In this document: positions 1 to 12,235 of the stretch, one piece after another
Numbering within the stretch: the first letter of the stretch is position 1
Layout of the letters: the number at the start of each line of letters is the position of its first letter
Origin: Camelus dromedarius
Lineage: Eukaryota
Length of the DNA: 64,000 nt
Assembly (NCBI RefSeq): GCF_036321535.1
Contig: NC_087436.1
Location: 36,706,001 to 36,770,000 of the forward strand
Reading direction: 5' to 3'
The notes under the pieces: generated by a model
What the model was told of the DNA's origin: nothing
The model's database searches: none
Seen by the model: the letters and a program-made list of their open reading frames with translations, nothing else
Made by a program: the position numbers and the translations under genes

Positions 1-713
1 ACCCTTCACAATTCTTAACAAACCAGAGCACTGAAACCAACCTAAACGAGGCAACTGGAACCACTTAAATCACATGGAGCCACCTCCTTAGCTTCACTAG
101 CACTTTGCTCCACCACCTGATCTATCAGAACAGGCACTCTGTTCATACTAACAGCTTTCAGGGCAAACAAAGAAACCAAAGTTGTTTTAAACAATATTCT
201 CCACAAATGAACTTCGGCAACTTTTTAAAAAGCAGATATAATCATTTCTTAAGGACCATTTCTTAAGCTTTAGGTACTTTTACTCTTCTCTGCAGTTGTG
301 AAGGCCTACAAAAGAAGTACCATAGAAGAAGTGGTGATTAGCAATGGTGTTTTCTACGAATGACAAATTGGAAGAGGAGAGCTGTGGTGAGAGAGAAAGG
401 GTGTAATGCTTTACAAAATGTTACTTGAGGACCAGTAATTTAAATTTGTTTCACTGTTAACATACACAGCATGGCTTAGGAACACATCAAAAAATAATGT
501 TATATCCAGCAACCACACCATCAACAGAGATGACATATACAATGTAATTACTTAAATATCAGGCCCTTAAATAGTCATTGAGATGTACCCAGCACAATCA
601 TATTAGGTCTTTAAGATGTTCTTATTCCATTCCTAACAGTAGAATTTCCTCTGCAATTATCTAATAATTTTTATCTAGACTTGAGACTATTACCATTCTT
701 AAATTTCACTTAC

Positions 714-994
714 CTCTTAGTTCTGGTATCATGAGTTTCTAAGAATTGTCTTTGTGCCTCATGCTTAGAATGATGATCAGCAGCTAACGCAATATCAACA
801 GTAATGAGTCCTAAATTGGCTGACCCAGCTTCAAGCCAGTAGGCCCTCCGCAGCACTGCAGGCTGAAGTCCAACTCTGGAATTGTTCAATTGCTCAATGT
901 ACTGTCTCACTTGAAAATCCTGAATTGCAGCACTTATTCCTTCTCCAACTGACTGATTGTGGAGATTACAGTTTGCAACCCGAATTGCACCCAT
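714..994 (-). CDS. BLTP1: BLTP1 coding exon 24 (MGAIRVANC...TRTK), 281 nt; gene continues beyond window
   Basis: CCTTTAG| acceptor, AG|GTAAGT donor, phase 0-2; equals ORF 710..994 minus the intronic stop. Confidence 0.96.
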
Positions 995-1693
995 CTAAAG
1001 GTGAATGAAGACAATGAAAAAAAAGAACTGAAGTTTCTGTATTTTTAAGCAACTTACAATAGACTACAGAATTGGTAATTATTTCAAATTGCATGAAAAA
1101 CAGAAGAAGAAAAGGGAAAGGAAAAAAACAGAATGGGGAAATAGAAGAGGTAAATGTAACAGAATAAAGATAAACAATCAATTAAAAAAAAAGGATAAAA
1201 AAAAAAAAAGAACACAAAGCCAAAGAAAAATCAGGGAAGAAAGAAAAGCTAGAAGGCTAGTTAAGTAATGAAATCACAGAATCTTAACAAGACTCAATTT
1301 TAAACAGTAACCCTTAAAGCAGAAGTGGCAAACAAATGTTTTCAGGAGACAGATAGGAAATATAAATGCATAAAACCTAAAGGCATTCAAATCGAATTTT
1401 TAAAAATTTACCAATTTACATTCCTGCCATAAAAGCAACCTACTAGTGTATGTCCCTGCCATAAAACAAGGTTATAATAATTCAGTTAAAGTAAAAAAGT
1501 AGTAAAGTATGCCATAAAAAAATAAGACTGGAAGAGAACATGGATGAGTAAAAAATAAAGTTATCCCCTGGAATTTTGTAGTATTCTGTGAGATGGTAAA
1601 CTATAAATAGGTGTTTTATTTCAAGAAATGGAGGTTTGGTTTGGTAAAAAGGAAAAAGAATTAACACTGGTCAAGAAATAGGCAAATATGTAC

Positions 1694-1813
1694 CTTTATA
1701 TTTGTAGCACAGCCATGCTCCACAATATAAATATCAGCTCCATCTACTGCTAAACGAGTCATAGTATATTTCAGATCATCTGAAGTTGGACAAGGCCCAG
1801 GAATACAACTCAG
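1694..1813 (-). CDS. BLTP1: BLTP1 coding exon 23 (LSCIPGPCP...ATNIK), 120 nt
   Basis: ATTTTAG| acceptor, AAG|GTACAT donor, phase 0-0. Confidence 0.95.
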
Positions 1814-2499
1814 CTAAAATGAAAAGGCACTGAACATTTAATTCTTCATCATCTATTCATTATTTTGATACTAAAATCTGCTTATTTAAATAAACAAAAT
1901 TCTGCATACATGTGTACTTTAAAATATCACTCAATTAAATTTCACTTTTTTATAATGATAAAGGATATACATCTATAATTATATATATATTTAATGATGA
2001 AATAATCAGCAATTCAATCAAGTCTTACTGATTAGAAAACTAATCATAAGTAACCATGCGCCATTTTCACTCAAAAGTGGTAAGTGGCAATTTTAAACTG
2101 ACAGAATACAGATATAACTTGTTAATGAAACTCGAAAAGAACAGCCGAAGTAAACTGATAAACAATGTCACAGGTTTATAAGAACTGTATAGGAGTTTAA
2201 ATTTGTAATTTTTTTTAAAGAGTATGCCATACTCCATGCATACACACACACACAAACACATGACTATTTTTACCCACATCCACAAGTATATGAAATATAA
2301 ATTTTATGATGATACCTAGGAAAATCCACACAAATTTTCTTTTTGTTTTACTCCTCAAAACATAGATTTGGTCATGATTAGGTTGGAAGAAAACGTACAC
2401 ATCACCAACTTCAATGAACTTCTTTGGGAAATGGCAGCCCTGAGTAAATTACCAGCCCAATAGTCTGTACCCTGCTCATTAGTGACAAAGGCAGGACTA

Positions 2500-2810
2500 G
2501 AAAGCAGGTGCCTTGCAAGACAGTCAGTGCTCTATACGAATATATTTCCTCCACACAAAATAGACCGAAAAAAACCCCAAAAACCTGATCTAAAATGATA
2601 GAAAGCATATCAGTGGTTACATGGAATAGTGGCTGACTGCATAGGGTCAAAAAGGAATTTTCTAAGGTGAAAGAAATGTTCTAGATCTTCAGTGGTGGTG
2701 AAAATTATACCAGTATATATAACACTTGTCAAAATTAAAACTGTGCAACTTAAAAAGGGTGAATTTATTGAAGGTAAATTATGCCTCAATAAAGTTGATT
2801 TTTAAAAAAT
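2500..2810 (+). mobile_element. Old L1 (L1M-type) 3' end fragment
   Basis: AATGTTCTAGATCTT...GGTGAATTTATTGAAGGTAAATTATGCCTCAATAAAGTTGA resembles L1M 3' terminus; boundaries approximate. Confidence 0.7.
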
Positions 2811-3883
2811 TGCATTGCAACCTAAAATCTTTGAGTACTAAAAAAAAAAAAAAAAAAAGAGGAGGAGATGCCTGCAAGCATGTACAAATTATCTAGAAGA
2901 AATTAATGACTAAAGAACGAATTCCCTGGAGACTAGAGATGTGTTTATAACAAGAAAAAAATAATTTTATTACCAACTACAGTTGTTTCCCTTGTTGTCT
3001 GTAAATAAGCACAGGTTATAATTTTTTGGGACATAAAATTAAAAGCAGAATTAATTACTTTCAATTCACAGGAATATACTAGCAAACAATTATAGTTCCT
3101 ATAACAAAAGAAAAAAGAAAGACACATTGGAAAGAAATTAGAAAGAAAACTTAATTGTTGGCAATGGCTATTTCTATGTAGCAGAATAAGTTATTTTTCT
3201 TTTTTGAAGCAGCCATGTTTTCCAGGTTTTCTGAAATAAGCACACTTAAAAAAAATGTCCCCCATCCCAAAATTCATAAAGAACAGTATTTACTACATAA
3301 TAACACTCTACATCTCACTACCACTGTGTATCATTTTAGGAATTATAATTTACTGTTCACAACCCTCTTGAAGGTACTGTAATAAGCCTTAGTCATGGTA
3401 GTGTAATACTGTGGAAAGAGTGTAAGATTTGGAGTCAGGAAGCTCGGGGAATGCCTAGCATATCTTATCACATTATGGAGAACAGGTATGTTCCAGAAAG
3501 GTCTGCAAACAATCTGATGTAAGGAATTTAACCTTCCTCTTCCTTCAATTTCTAAATCTACATAAACACACAGCCATATCCCAAAGAGTGTTAATAATGC
3601 AATAACACATGAGTGTCAACAGTAAAACTGTAAGAGATATGATATAATTTTACAATATCTCCATCTGTGAATATATATCTTAATAATTACTTCATATTTT
3701 AGATATTTACAACTAAAATAACAAGAGGCGCTGAATTTACAAAGTAATTTTATTAATTGAAAAACCTTAACTTTGATGTTTACTCGATGATTATATGCAT
3801 TTGATTTAAAGCTGATATCTCTTACCTTTCATTTTGAAAAACGATTAATGTTTATAATACTTCTAACATATTTGTTAACATAC

Positions 3884-4012
3884 CTTGGATTCACAGAACC
3901 GACGATCAATTCCATGCTGACATACTATTACTGATTTTGGTCTTTCCAGTTCATACTCCCGGCATACCACATGAAAGACAAATGTCTGCCCCCACTCCAA
4001 GAGACAAGCCAG
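3884..4012 (-). CDS. BLTP1: BLTP1 coding exon 22 (LACLLEWGQ...FCESK), 129 nt
   Basis: TTTGTAG| acceptor, AAG|GTATGT donor, phase 0-0. Confidence 0.95.
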
Positions 4013-4556
4013 CTACAAATAAGCCACGACAGGTTGACAACACTGTTAGCATTCTAAACAAGTGTTCAGAGTTCAAAAGCTTATCAAGATATTAATACAG
4101 CTTGAAAGAACCCAAACAGTGCCTTATATCTGCTACATACTCTACTCGTTAGCCAATATCATGATTTTTCTAACTTGACATCATTTATAAGCTTGAGTTA
4201 CTTTTCATTTGTGAATGACAAAAAGCTTTGCCAAAATGAAAACTCATTTCAACTGAAAAATTCAACTTCAGCAATTTCTAGAGCAAGTATTTTTCTTTAA
4301 GGTTACATTTTTCTTCTTACATGACTGACTAACTGGAATCCTCTGCAAAGAAAAGCACCTAATAATAAATCAAGCTTTGATGTGAAATTTGTATCTATTA
4401 AACTATACTGTTGGAAAATCAGGTATTTTGAAGATTAAAGCATTTTTATGCAATATAAGCTTAAGTAAGTATACATCAATTTTTCATCAAATCTTGAGTC
4501 TTCTTAAAAAAACCTTGATTTTATAATTGATTAGAGTTGTTAACAAAACACATTGA

Positions 4557-4696
4557 TCTTGTAGTAACCTATAATGAAAAAGAATATGAAAACAAATAAG
4601 TGTGTGCATAAGTATGACTGAAACATTATGCTGTACACCAGAAATTGACACAACATTGTAAACTGGCTATACTTAAATACATACATACATACATAC
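4557..4696 (+). mobile_element. Short 5'-truncated L1 3' end with (TACA)n tail
   Basis: Similar to L1 3'UTR copy at 57930-58040; candidate TSD ACACATTGA (4548-4556)/ACACACTGA (4697-4705). Confidence 0.75.
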
Positions 4697-5378
4697 ACAC
4701 ACTGAGACATGGGTATACATGACATTATTCCCCTCCAAAAAAGTACATAACTTCAACTTTCAAAAAACATGAATTTCACCTTTAAAACATATAAAAAATG
4801 GAATAAACACCAAAAGTACTTATGGATTTATGAACCTTGCAGGAAATAGTGATGCCAAGATTCTAGTGCAGCAGAAGGAGAATGTTTCATCTTCCAAAAA
4901 GGGCAACGTGTTTGAGATTCTAGCAATCCTTAGATTAAAGGAATTTTGTCAAGTCTAGGAAGATCAGCATGGCTTCACTGCATGCTTGTTTGGGAACAAA
5001 TGATTTTGTTACAAGCTTCAGTTTGTGTATATAAGAGACAAAAAATGGCAGGTAAGAAGAAGATAGTTATGAGGGTAGTGAGCATTGAATATTTGTTTTC
5101 ATCCATTATTATTAATTTCTTTTCATTCATTTTTATATTAAATACCCCTTTTCAATTCCATTCATTTTTCTATTATTTCTAGAATCTTAATTTTAAATGC
5201 CCTCCCAACAATTTCTTTCAAAGTGTCTAGAGTCTTTATTCACCTGCTTGTTGCCACTACCCTCCTCTAAATTTTATTTCACACCCATTCTGTAACCTTT
5301 TATTAAAAATTGAGTATATACATTTCTACCACGTTCCAGTCTTCTGAAATGCCAAGATAAGTAGGAACATTACAAATA

Positions 5379-5862
5379 CAGGCATACTTCAGATATTGTG
5401 AATTTGGTTCCAGACCACTGCAATAAATTTGCAGTATTGCAAATATCACAATAAAGCAAGACACAGGAATTTTTTGGTTTCCCAGTGTATGTAAAAGTTA
5501 TGTTTACACTATACTGTAGTCTATCAAGTGTGCAACAGCATTATGTCTAAAAAAACAATGCACACACCTTAATTAAAAGATACTTCATTACTAAAAAATG
5601 CTAAGCATCACCTGACCCTTCAGTGAGTCATAATCTTTCTGCAACAGTAACATCAAGATCACTAATCACAGATCACCGTAACAAATATAATCATGATGAA
5701 AAACTTTGAAATACTGCCAGAACTACCAAAATAAGACAGACACACAAATTGAGCAAATGTTGTCAGAAAAAATGGCACCGACAGATGTGCTTGATGCAGG
5801 GCTTTAATTTGCAAGAAAAAAATCACAAACGCTGTGAAGTACAATAAAATGAGGTATGTCTG
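5379..5862 (+). mobile_element. Tigger1-derived non-autonomous DNA transposon (Tigger1a-like)
   Basis: TIRs CAGGCATACTTC...GAGGTATGTCTG, TA target duplication both sides, Tigger1-like 5' sequence. Confidence 0.85.
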
Positions 5863-5935
5863 TATGTGGCTCAACAGGTGAAATATTACAGTGATATGGC
5901 TGCTCAACTAAATTTCAATGGTCAATTTCTAAATA

Positions 5936-6037
5936 TTGTCAGCCCTCCATATCCACAGGTTTTACACCTGCACTTGGCTAAATCCATGGTTGGTTGAACC
6001 TGTGGATGTGGAACCTGCAGACAAGGACGGCTAACTG
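5936..6037. mobile_element. Short TcMar-Tigger MITE (MER2-like ends)
   Basis: Ends TTGGTTGAACCTGTGGATGTGGAACC...CGGCTAACTG then TA; left end is an imperfect inverted copy. Confidence 0.6.
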
Positions 6038-6292
6038 TAATCCTTAAATCCTCGGCATCTTCTAAAGACTGAGTAGGACAGTGAGGGGAAAGAGGAATGT
6101 ATCCAAAAGGATCACAACTAGCACTCTAGACCAGATTTACTTACCAGTAAATTCTTTTTTTTCTAAACCAGTATCCACGTTACTAAGTGCAGGTACAAAT
6201 GATGATGCTTTGGGACATGACAAATAAGAATCATGCCACCTTAATATCATAAATGCTACTTTCAAATACTACTTAAGAAATATACAAGAGAA

Positions 6293-6407
6293 GGGGGAGG
6301 GTATATAGCTCAGTGGTAGAGCACATGCTTAGCATGCACGAGGTCCTGGGTTCAATCCCCAGTGACTCCTCTAAAAATAAACAGTAAAACCTAATTATCG
6401 TCCTCCT

Positions 6408-6443
<36 letters not shown>
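6293..6443 (+). mobile_element. tRNA-Ala(AGC)-derived SINE, camelid vic-1 type
   Basis: A box TAGCTCAGTGGTAGAG, anticodon loop CTTAGCAT, B box GGTTCAATCCC, 34-nt pure poly(A), TSD AAGAAATATACA(A/G)GA at 6275-6289 and 6442-6456. Confidence 0.9.
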
Positions 6444-6445
<2 letters not shown>

Positions 6446-6819
6446 AATATACAGGATGGTAAAATTCTTAGAGAATTATTCTGTGCACTGAGAAAACAAG
6501 ATTGTTCCAACAGCAGAGAGCCAAGTAAGATAATTTTAATAATATATAACTTGATTTCCAGAAATTTCTCATCATGAGTTTTTCCCAGAGAAAGTCTTGA
6601 ATTCTTGAAAGTATTACCCAGAACTATAAAACATTACACCCATTGATTTTATGTAGCCCAAAAGTGAAACTTGTCTGTGCCTTACCTATTGCTAAGAAAA
6701 TTCCATATGGTCAGCAGAAATGCAATGAAAATTCAAACAGGCATACAACTTATTCTTGGGGAGATGAATGAGTAAAGGAAAAAGAAAATAAGTCAGGAGC
6801 TAGCCTTCAGAGAACATAC

Positions 6820-6999
6820 CTGTGGTGCTGTGACCTTAGCTGTAAGGCTTCCAGCCTGCACATCAATTAACCATGCATATTCTAAGGAATCACTTCCCAA
6901 AGGAAGACCTTCTGCTGAGAACATAGCATGTGCTCTCAGCTGGAGACCCGACAAATTGATGTGACCTTCCCTGAGCACTTCATCCACAGGAGGTCGCTG
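6820..6999 (-). CDS. BLTP1: BLTP1 coding exon 21 (QRPPVDEV...VTAPQ), 180 nt
   Basis: TTTCAG|CAG tandem acceptor, CAG|GTATGT donor, phase 0-0. Confidence 0.94.
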
Positions 7000-8287
7000 C
7001 TGAAAGCAATAATAAGACTGTAAGAATTATAAGAAAAGTCAGCATTATAATTTTTAGTTGTTTTTCGCATAGACAAAGAGTAGAAACGTGCTATTTGGGA
7101 AGTAAGACTTTGGGATCCACAAGCTCCTAACACAACCTTGTACTCATAAAAATAGTCTGAGTTAAGCTTCTTTAGTGACAATATCCATAAGAGCCCAACT
7201 GTAAAGCAAGACAGCAAAGTCCTAAAAGAATGCAGATCTCTGATTGATAACTGCCTCAATGAATAAAAAAAAACAAGAATTCTGTCTGACAGGGAAAAAA
7301 AGAGGCCTATCTTTTGTGGTAAGGCAGGAATCATGAGATTAAAATATTAAAAAGAAGAAAATAATATGGAAGAACAAAGACCATTAAAACCATAAAACAG
7401 AAAACAAATGAAGAAAGCCATCTTCCATATAGATTTTCATAATTATGTAAACAGAAAAAGGATCTTACAGAGAATAATTACATATTCACAACTAAAAAGC
7501 AGCAACATTTCAAAGAGAAAATTTCTAAAACCTACTCAGAAAGCTAAAAGATATGTCCTAAAATAGGGTATTCCATGGAACACTAGTTCCACAGATTGTT
7601 TTTAGGAACACAGAATCAAGTAAGTTTGGCAATGCTCTACCCATCCGTCACCAATTTCTACAGAATCTGCCTCCCAGTCTCTCACAAACGCACTGAGTTT
7701 CTTCCAGCTTCAGTGCTATCATCCTGGTACAAATAATATGATCTCTTACCAGGACCTTTTCAAAGCCTCCTAGCATTCACTTTCACATCTCTCTGCCCCA
7801 TATTCTACAAAACCACCACAGAGATCTTTCAAAAAGGCAAATTTTATCATGATCATACCTCAAGACCATTCATGCTACCAAAGCACCTTATACCTCTCCT
7901 TGTAGAACTTTTTACACTTGACACTATTTTCCTTAATTTTTCTGTGAGAGTCTTTTTAGTGTGTATGTGCAGGCCACCTTACAGGCCTGGTTTCAACACA
8001 AATTTTGGGAAATGCATTTGTAAAAAAAAGTGTTTTTAAGGATAGTAAATCTAATTCATAAGGGATTCTTCAAAGGTCATGTTAAATTTCTGATGATAAT
8101 AATAGCTTTAGAAACTCTTCTGATACATTTATTTTATTTTCATCTAAGTCATGTGACAGTATATAAAATCACCTAATCTCTCCAGGCATCAGTTCCCTTA
8201 TATTTTATCTGAGGGAGCTGGGGAGGATCATCAATAAAGATCACTTCTGGCACTGAGATTCAGTAATTCTCAGTGTAAAGCTCTGGA

Positions 8288-8670
8288 TAGGTTGCTTCCA
8301 TAGCTTCGCAATTGTAAATAATACTGCACTGCACGTGGGTGTGCATGTATCTCTTTGAATTAGTGTTTTCATTTCCTTCGGATAACTACCCAGAAGTGGA
8401 ATTGCTAAATTACACGGCAGTTCTATTTTTAATTTTTTGAGGAACCACCCTACTGTTTTCCATAGTGGCTGCACCGGTTTACATGCCCACCAACAGTGCA
8501 CAAGGGTTCCCCTTTTGCCCACATCCTCACCAGCATTTGTTATTTGTGTTCTTTTTGATGATACCCATTCTGACAGACGTGAGGTGATTGTGGTTTTGCC
8601 AAGCTATGGAAACAACCTAAGTGTCCATCAGTGGATGAATGGATAAAGAAACTATGGTGTATATATAGTA
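8288..8670. mobile_element. L1 ORF2 C-terminal fragment with internal inversion
   Basis: 8288-8597 on minus encodes [20 protein letters not shown]...; 8598-8670 continues L1 on plus. Confidence 0.85.
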
Positions 8671-8849
8671 TGTATGTATGTATATAAAGAGCGAGAGAGG
8701 GAGATAGAGAGGGAAAAAGGCAGACAGTGGGGTGCAGAGGGGGAGGTTTAGGGCATAATGACTTTATGTGTCACTGCCACTCAGCTTATCTATTTTTATT
8801 ATTTTTAGCCACACAGATTATCACAATGACTATCCAAATGCATTTTCCA

Positions 8850-9075
8850 TGAATGCAGAGGGCCCACACATGTATCTGAGCTGCCCACACATGTATCTGA
8901 GCTAGGAAAAGACAAGGAAGGATCCTCTCCTACAGTCGTCTGAGAGAGCATGGCCCTGCCAAATACACTGGTTTCAGGCTTCTAGGCTCCAGAACTATGA
9001 AAGAATACGTTTCTGCTGTTTTAAGCCACCCAGTGTGGGGTACTCTGCTACGGCAGCCCTGAGAAACTAACACAC
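8850..9075 (+). mobile_element. MaLR (MLT1-type) LTR 3' portion
   Basis: GAGAGAGCATGGCCCTGCC...TCCAGAACTATGA...TTTAAGCCACCCAGT...GCAGCCCTGAGAAACTAACACA. Confidence 0.8.
8862..8903. repeat. Perfect 21-bp tandem duplication GCCCACACATGTATCTGAGCT x2
   Basis: Read directly. Confidence 0.95.
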
Positions 9076-9894
9076 ATCATCAGATGATCAGGTAAAAAGT
9101 TTGCAATTTCCTCATAAGTCAGACACAATAATCCACCCATTGCATTAGATCCTTAACCTTGAAGCTCTGCACTAAGACTGAGATGAGAAGCTCTGCTACT
9201 TGGAATAAGCAGCTACAGTTGAGTGACCCAGAGCTGAGTCTCTGAGAGTAGTCACAGAGTGAAGGTTCCCACCATAAAAGAGTCTTAGTGCAGAGACAAA
9301 TGAAGAAGGTATTTCTTAGGAATGCTAGCTCTATAAAATGTAAGCAAGGTGAGTAGCTAAGCAAATTCCACGAGAATATGTGTAGACTACACTTGTCTTC
9401 AGGGTGAACTATGTGAAGTGTTAATCATCCAGGAAACAAAATATCACCAGTACTTCTACTACTGCCTTGCTATCACCACTCCATCAATTCCTCTTCTAAT
9501 CACCAAATAAATCATACTTTACACTTTGGTCTCTGTACAAGTTTGCCAATAATTCTATAATTAGGGTTACTGTGAACCCTCAGAATAAGCTTACTAAAAT
9601 GTATTTTTTTATATCTAGTAAAGTCTTCTGAAAATGCAGTGATTAAAATAGAAGTTGAAGTATCACCAGGAACTCAGAAGAAATCAGAGATACTCACCTA
9701 AGATTCTCAGAACCCTGACGTAAGAAGATAGTTACCTTTTACCTTAATTAATTTCCTCAAGAGACTGAAAAAAGGAGATAGACTTCCTCTCTACACACTC
9801 ACCTCCCAAAATAAAAAACAACCAATTCTAATGGCCCACTAAATTAGAGAGAGAAGGTTTCATGCGACAAGTTAAAATAAAAGTGGTATGCAAG

Positions 9895-10135
9895 TGAGAT
9901 CTTTGTGATTAGAGAATAGTTCTGCATCCTGATTTTTGGTGGCAGTTACAGAAATCTACACATGTGGTAAGTGACACAAAACTATGCACACATATTGTAC
10001 CAATGTCCATGTCCTGGTTTTGATACAGTGCCATAACTCTGTAAAAGATCAACATGGGGGAAACACAGGAACTCTGTATTGCCTTTGTAACCTCCTGTAA
10101 ATCTATAATTCTTCTGAAATAAAAGTTAAAAAAAA
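9895..10135 (+). mobile_element. Old L1 3' end fragment
   Basis: GGAACTCTGTATTG...AATCTATAATTCTTCTGAAATAAAAGTTAAAAAAA terminus. Confidence 0.7.
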
Positions 10136-11059
10136 ACACATTCTGTGACAAAAACAAGCATGTTAAGTATTAAGTTTTAGCTACTATGATCTCAGCTACA
10201 TCAAATATAAATATATACATATATAGATAGTATTATTAAAATTCTATAAAAAATACAGTCAGTTATGGCAAAAGAGTGAAAAGGGGGTATGCTATTTTAA
10301 ATAAGATGATCAGTTTTACATAGAATCCATAGTAAGTTATCATCCATTGATGATTTAGGGGTGTTAGAGTCATCCTCCTGTTTATAATTTTACTTTGCTT
10401 TGCATTAGAATTTATCATAGTTCCAAAGCACACAACTTCACTAAAAGTAGGGGAGAACCCTAAAGTAGTGGTAGACACCAAGAGAAACCAATGGCATTTT
10501 AAAATAATAATAATAAAGTGATAATCTACCCAGGAATGCAAAATATCCCCAACTGATGAATGTCGCTGGTTCTCTTCCAAAGAGCCTCAGGGATATCTTG
10601 AAGGAATTAACAAACTATCTTGTAAGTACGTTAGATGAAAATAATAAATTATTGGCCATGTAGATATGCATGTTTTCAAGATGTATGGTCCTGGTTAATA
10701 TTAACACTTAGGTTGTGATTTTCAACAAAATCTACCAACATTTTATAAAATTAATATTTCCCCTCCAGTAAATATATGAGAAAGTTGAAAAGTACTTCTT
10801 TCCATTTCTAAAAACAATGGATATAAAATATAATTCTTTGGGATCACATATATAAGGAACAGTGGGAAAGAAAAGAAAAAACTAAGATTCTTAAAAAACA
10901 ATTCTCATACATATGTACACACATACAAAACTTCTTAGTTAATAGGTCTCTAATTTAAGGAACTATATATTCTATGCACAGAAGTAAACACATTGTTTTG
11001 AACCCATAAACGGTAATAACAAATCTCTAAGTCTCTACCACAACTCACTTTCACATTAC

Positions 11060-11197
11060 CTGATAGTTATCACTAACAAACACATTCAGGGGCGACAGGA
11101 CAAGCTGCAGCATGGTCTCCCTAAATCCTTTTTTCATTTCGAAACATAATCTTTCCAAAAAAGCTGTAGGGCACTCTGGACCATCAGTAGTTCCATG
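11060..11197 (-). CDS. BLTP1: BLTP1 coding exon 20 (HGTTDGPECP...SDNYQ), 138 nt
   Basis: ACTTTAG| acceptor, CAG|GTAAT donor, phase 0-0. Confidence 0.95.
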
Positions 11198-12007
11198 CTA
11201 AAGTCAAGAAAAATACCATAATCAGGATATAGAAAAAGTGAAAACCAAGGAAGTAAAGGAAAATAAAAATTACACTTATATAATTAAAACACTTTGATTT
11301 CTAAAAAGGAGAAGCAGTGCTTATGGACAAAGGTAACTATTCTGTATCCCAGTAAAGGCATTAGGTTTACTAAGCACCTGAGGTGATTTCTCTGCTGTGC
11401 AACCCTAGGTACATGACATGGAACCAGTACGTATGCAAGCACTATGCTCTAGGGCCACCCTCTCCCTATCTGGCCTGGCTCCAATGGCCATGGGTTCTTT
11501 GGGCAATATAATCTCATTCCAAGTCAGCCCCAACTGGCCCAAGGGTCATCCTCAGAGAAAACCAGGATACTGTGCTGGATCTAAACCTCTGACATAATTC
11601 AACCTCCAGGGTCCAGCTTGAATCTCGATTTTGTAATAGGTCCACCATAAGGCCCTAAACTGGTCTGGAGTTAAAGATAAAGGCTAAGAAAGTGTAAAGT
11701 CCTAGAAAATCTATCATGTTAACTATAAACCTAGCAACTCAACACAATGGCAAAATATTCTAAAATTACACAGAACAACAAAGAAGGAGCTAAAATGAAA
11801 GAAGAAAAACAAAGTAAAATTATCAATGATCAAGTAATTATACTATGAAAAAATAATAAACTAGCTTTACCAAGATAAAAGAATAAATTTAGAAATTTTT
11901 TGAACCTGAATTTTTTTTATGTAAGTGTGTGCACACACATACATAGTTTCCTCTGCTGGGTGGATTTCATGATAAACTCCAGACTATTTTGACACGTAAA
12001 CACTTAC

Positions 12008-12235
12008 AACAGGAAGACGTCCATGAACTTTGTACAAATTAACAAGTACAGTAATATCCCAGGGACGCAAGGTAAGTGGATGAATTGACTTGGCTGAACT
12101 TTCATTTTCTTTTTTGTCATTGTCCATTCCAACAGCAGTCCACCCAGAACTGGACGATGTTGACAGTGACAGAACAGGACTTGATACAACCTCTTCAAAA
12201 TCCATATACATGTCATCTTCTCCAAAGTAGTTTTC
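12008..12235 (-). CDS. BLTP1: BLTP1 coding exon 19 (ENYFGEDDMY...GRLPV), 228 nt
   Basis: TTTATAG| acceptor, |GTAAGT donor, phase 0-0. Confidence 0.95.

Noticed and set aside
6293..6372. Functional tRNA-Ala(AGC) gene
   Set aside because: Followed by a SINE tail and poly(A), flanked by a TSD, altered acceptor-stem region and no oligo-T terminator; it is a SINE
6936..7334. 132-aa ORF and other unassigned ORF-track entries
   Set aside because: Intronic, out of frame or antisense to BLTP1, no recognisable domains, AT-biased composition
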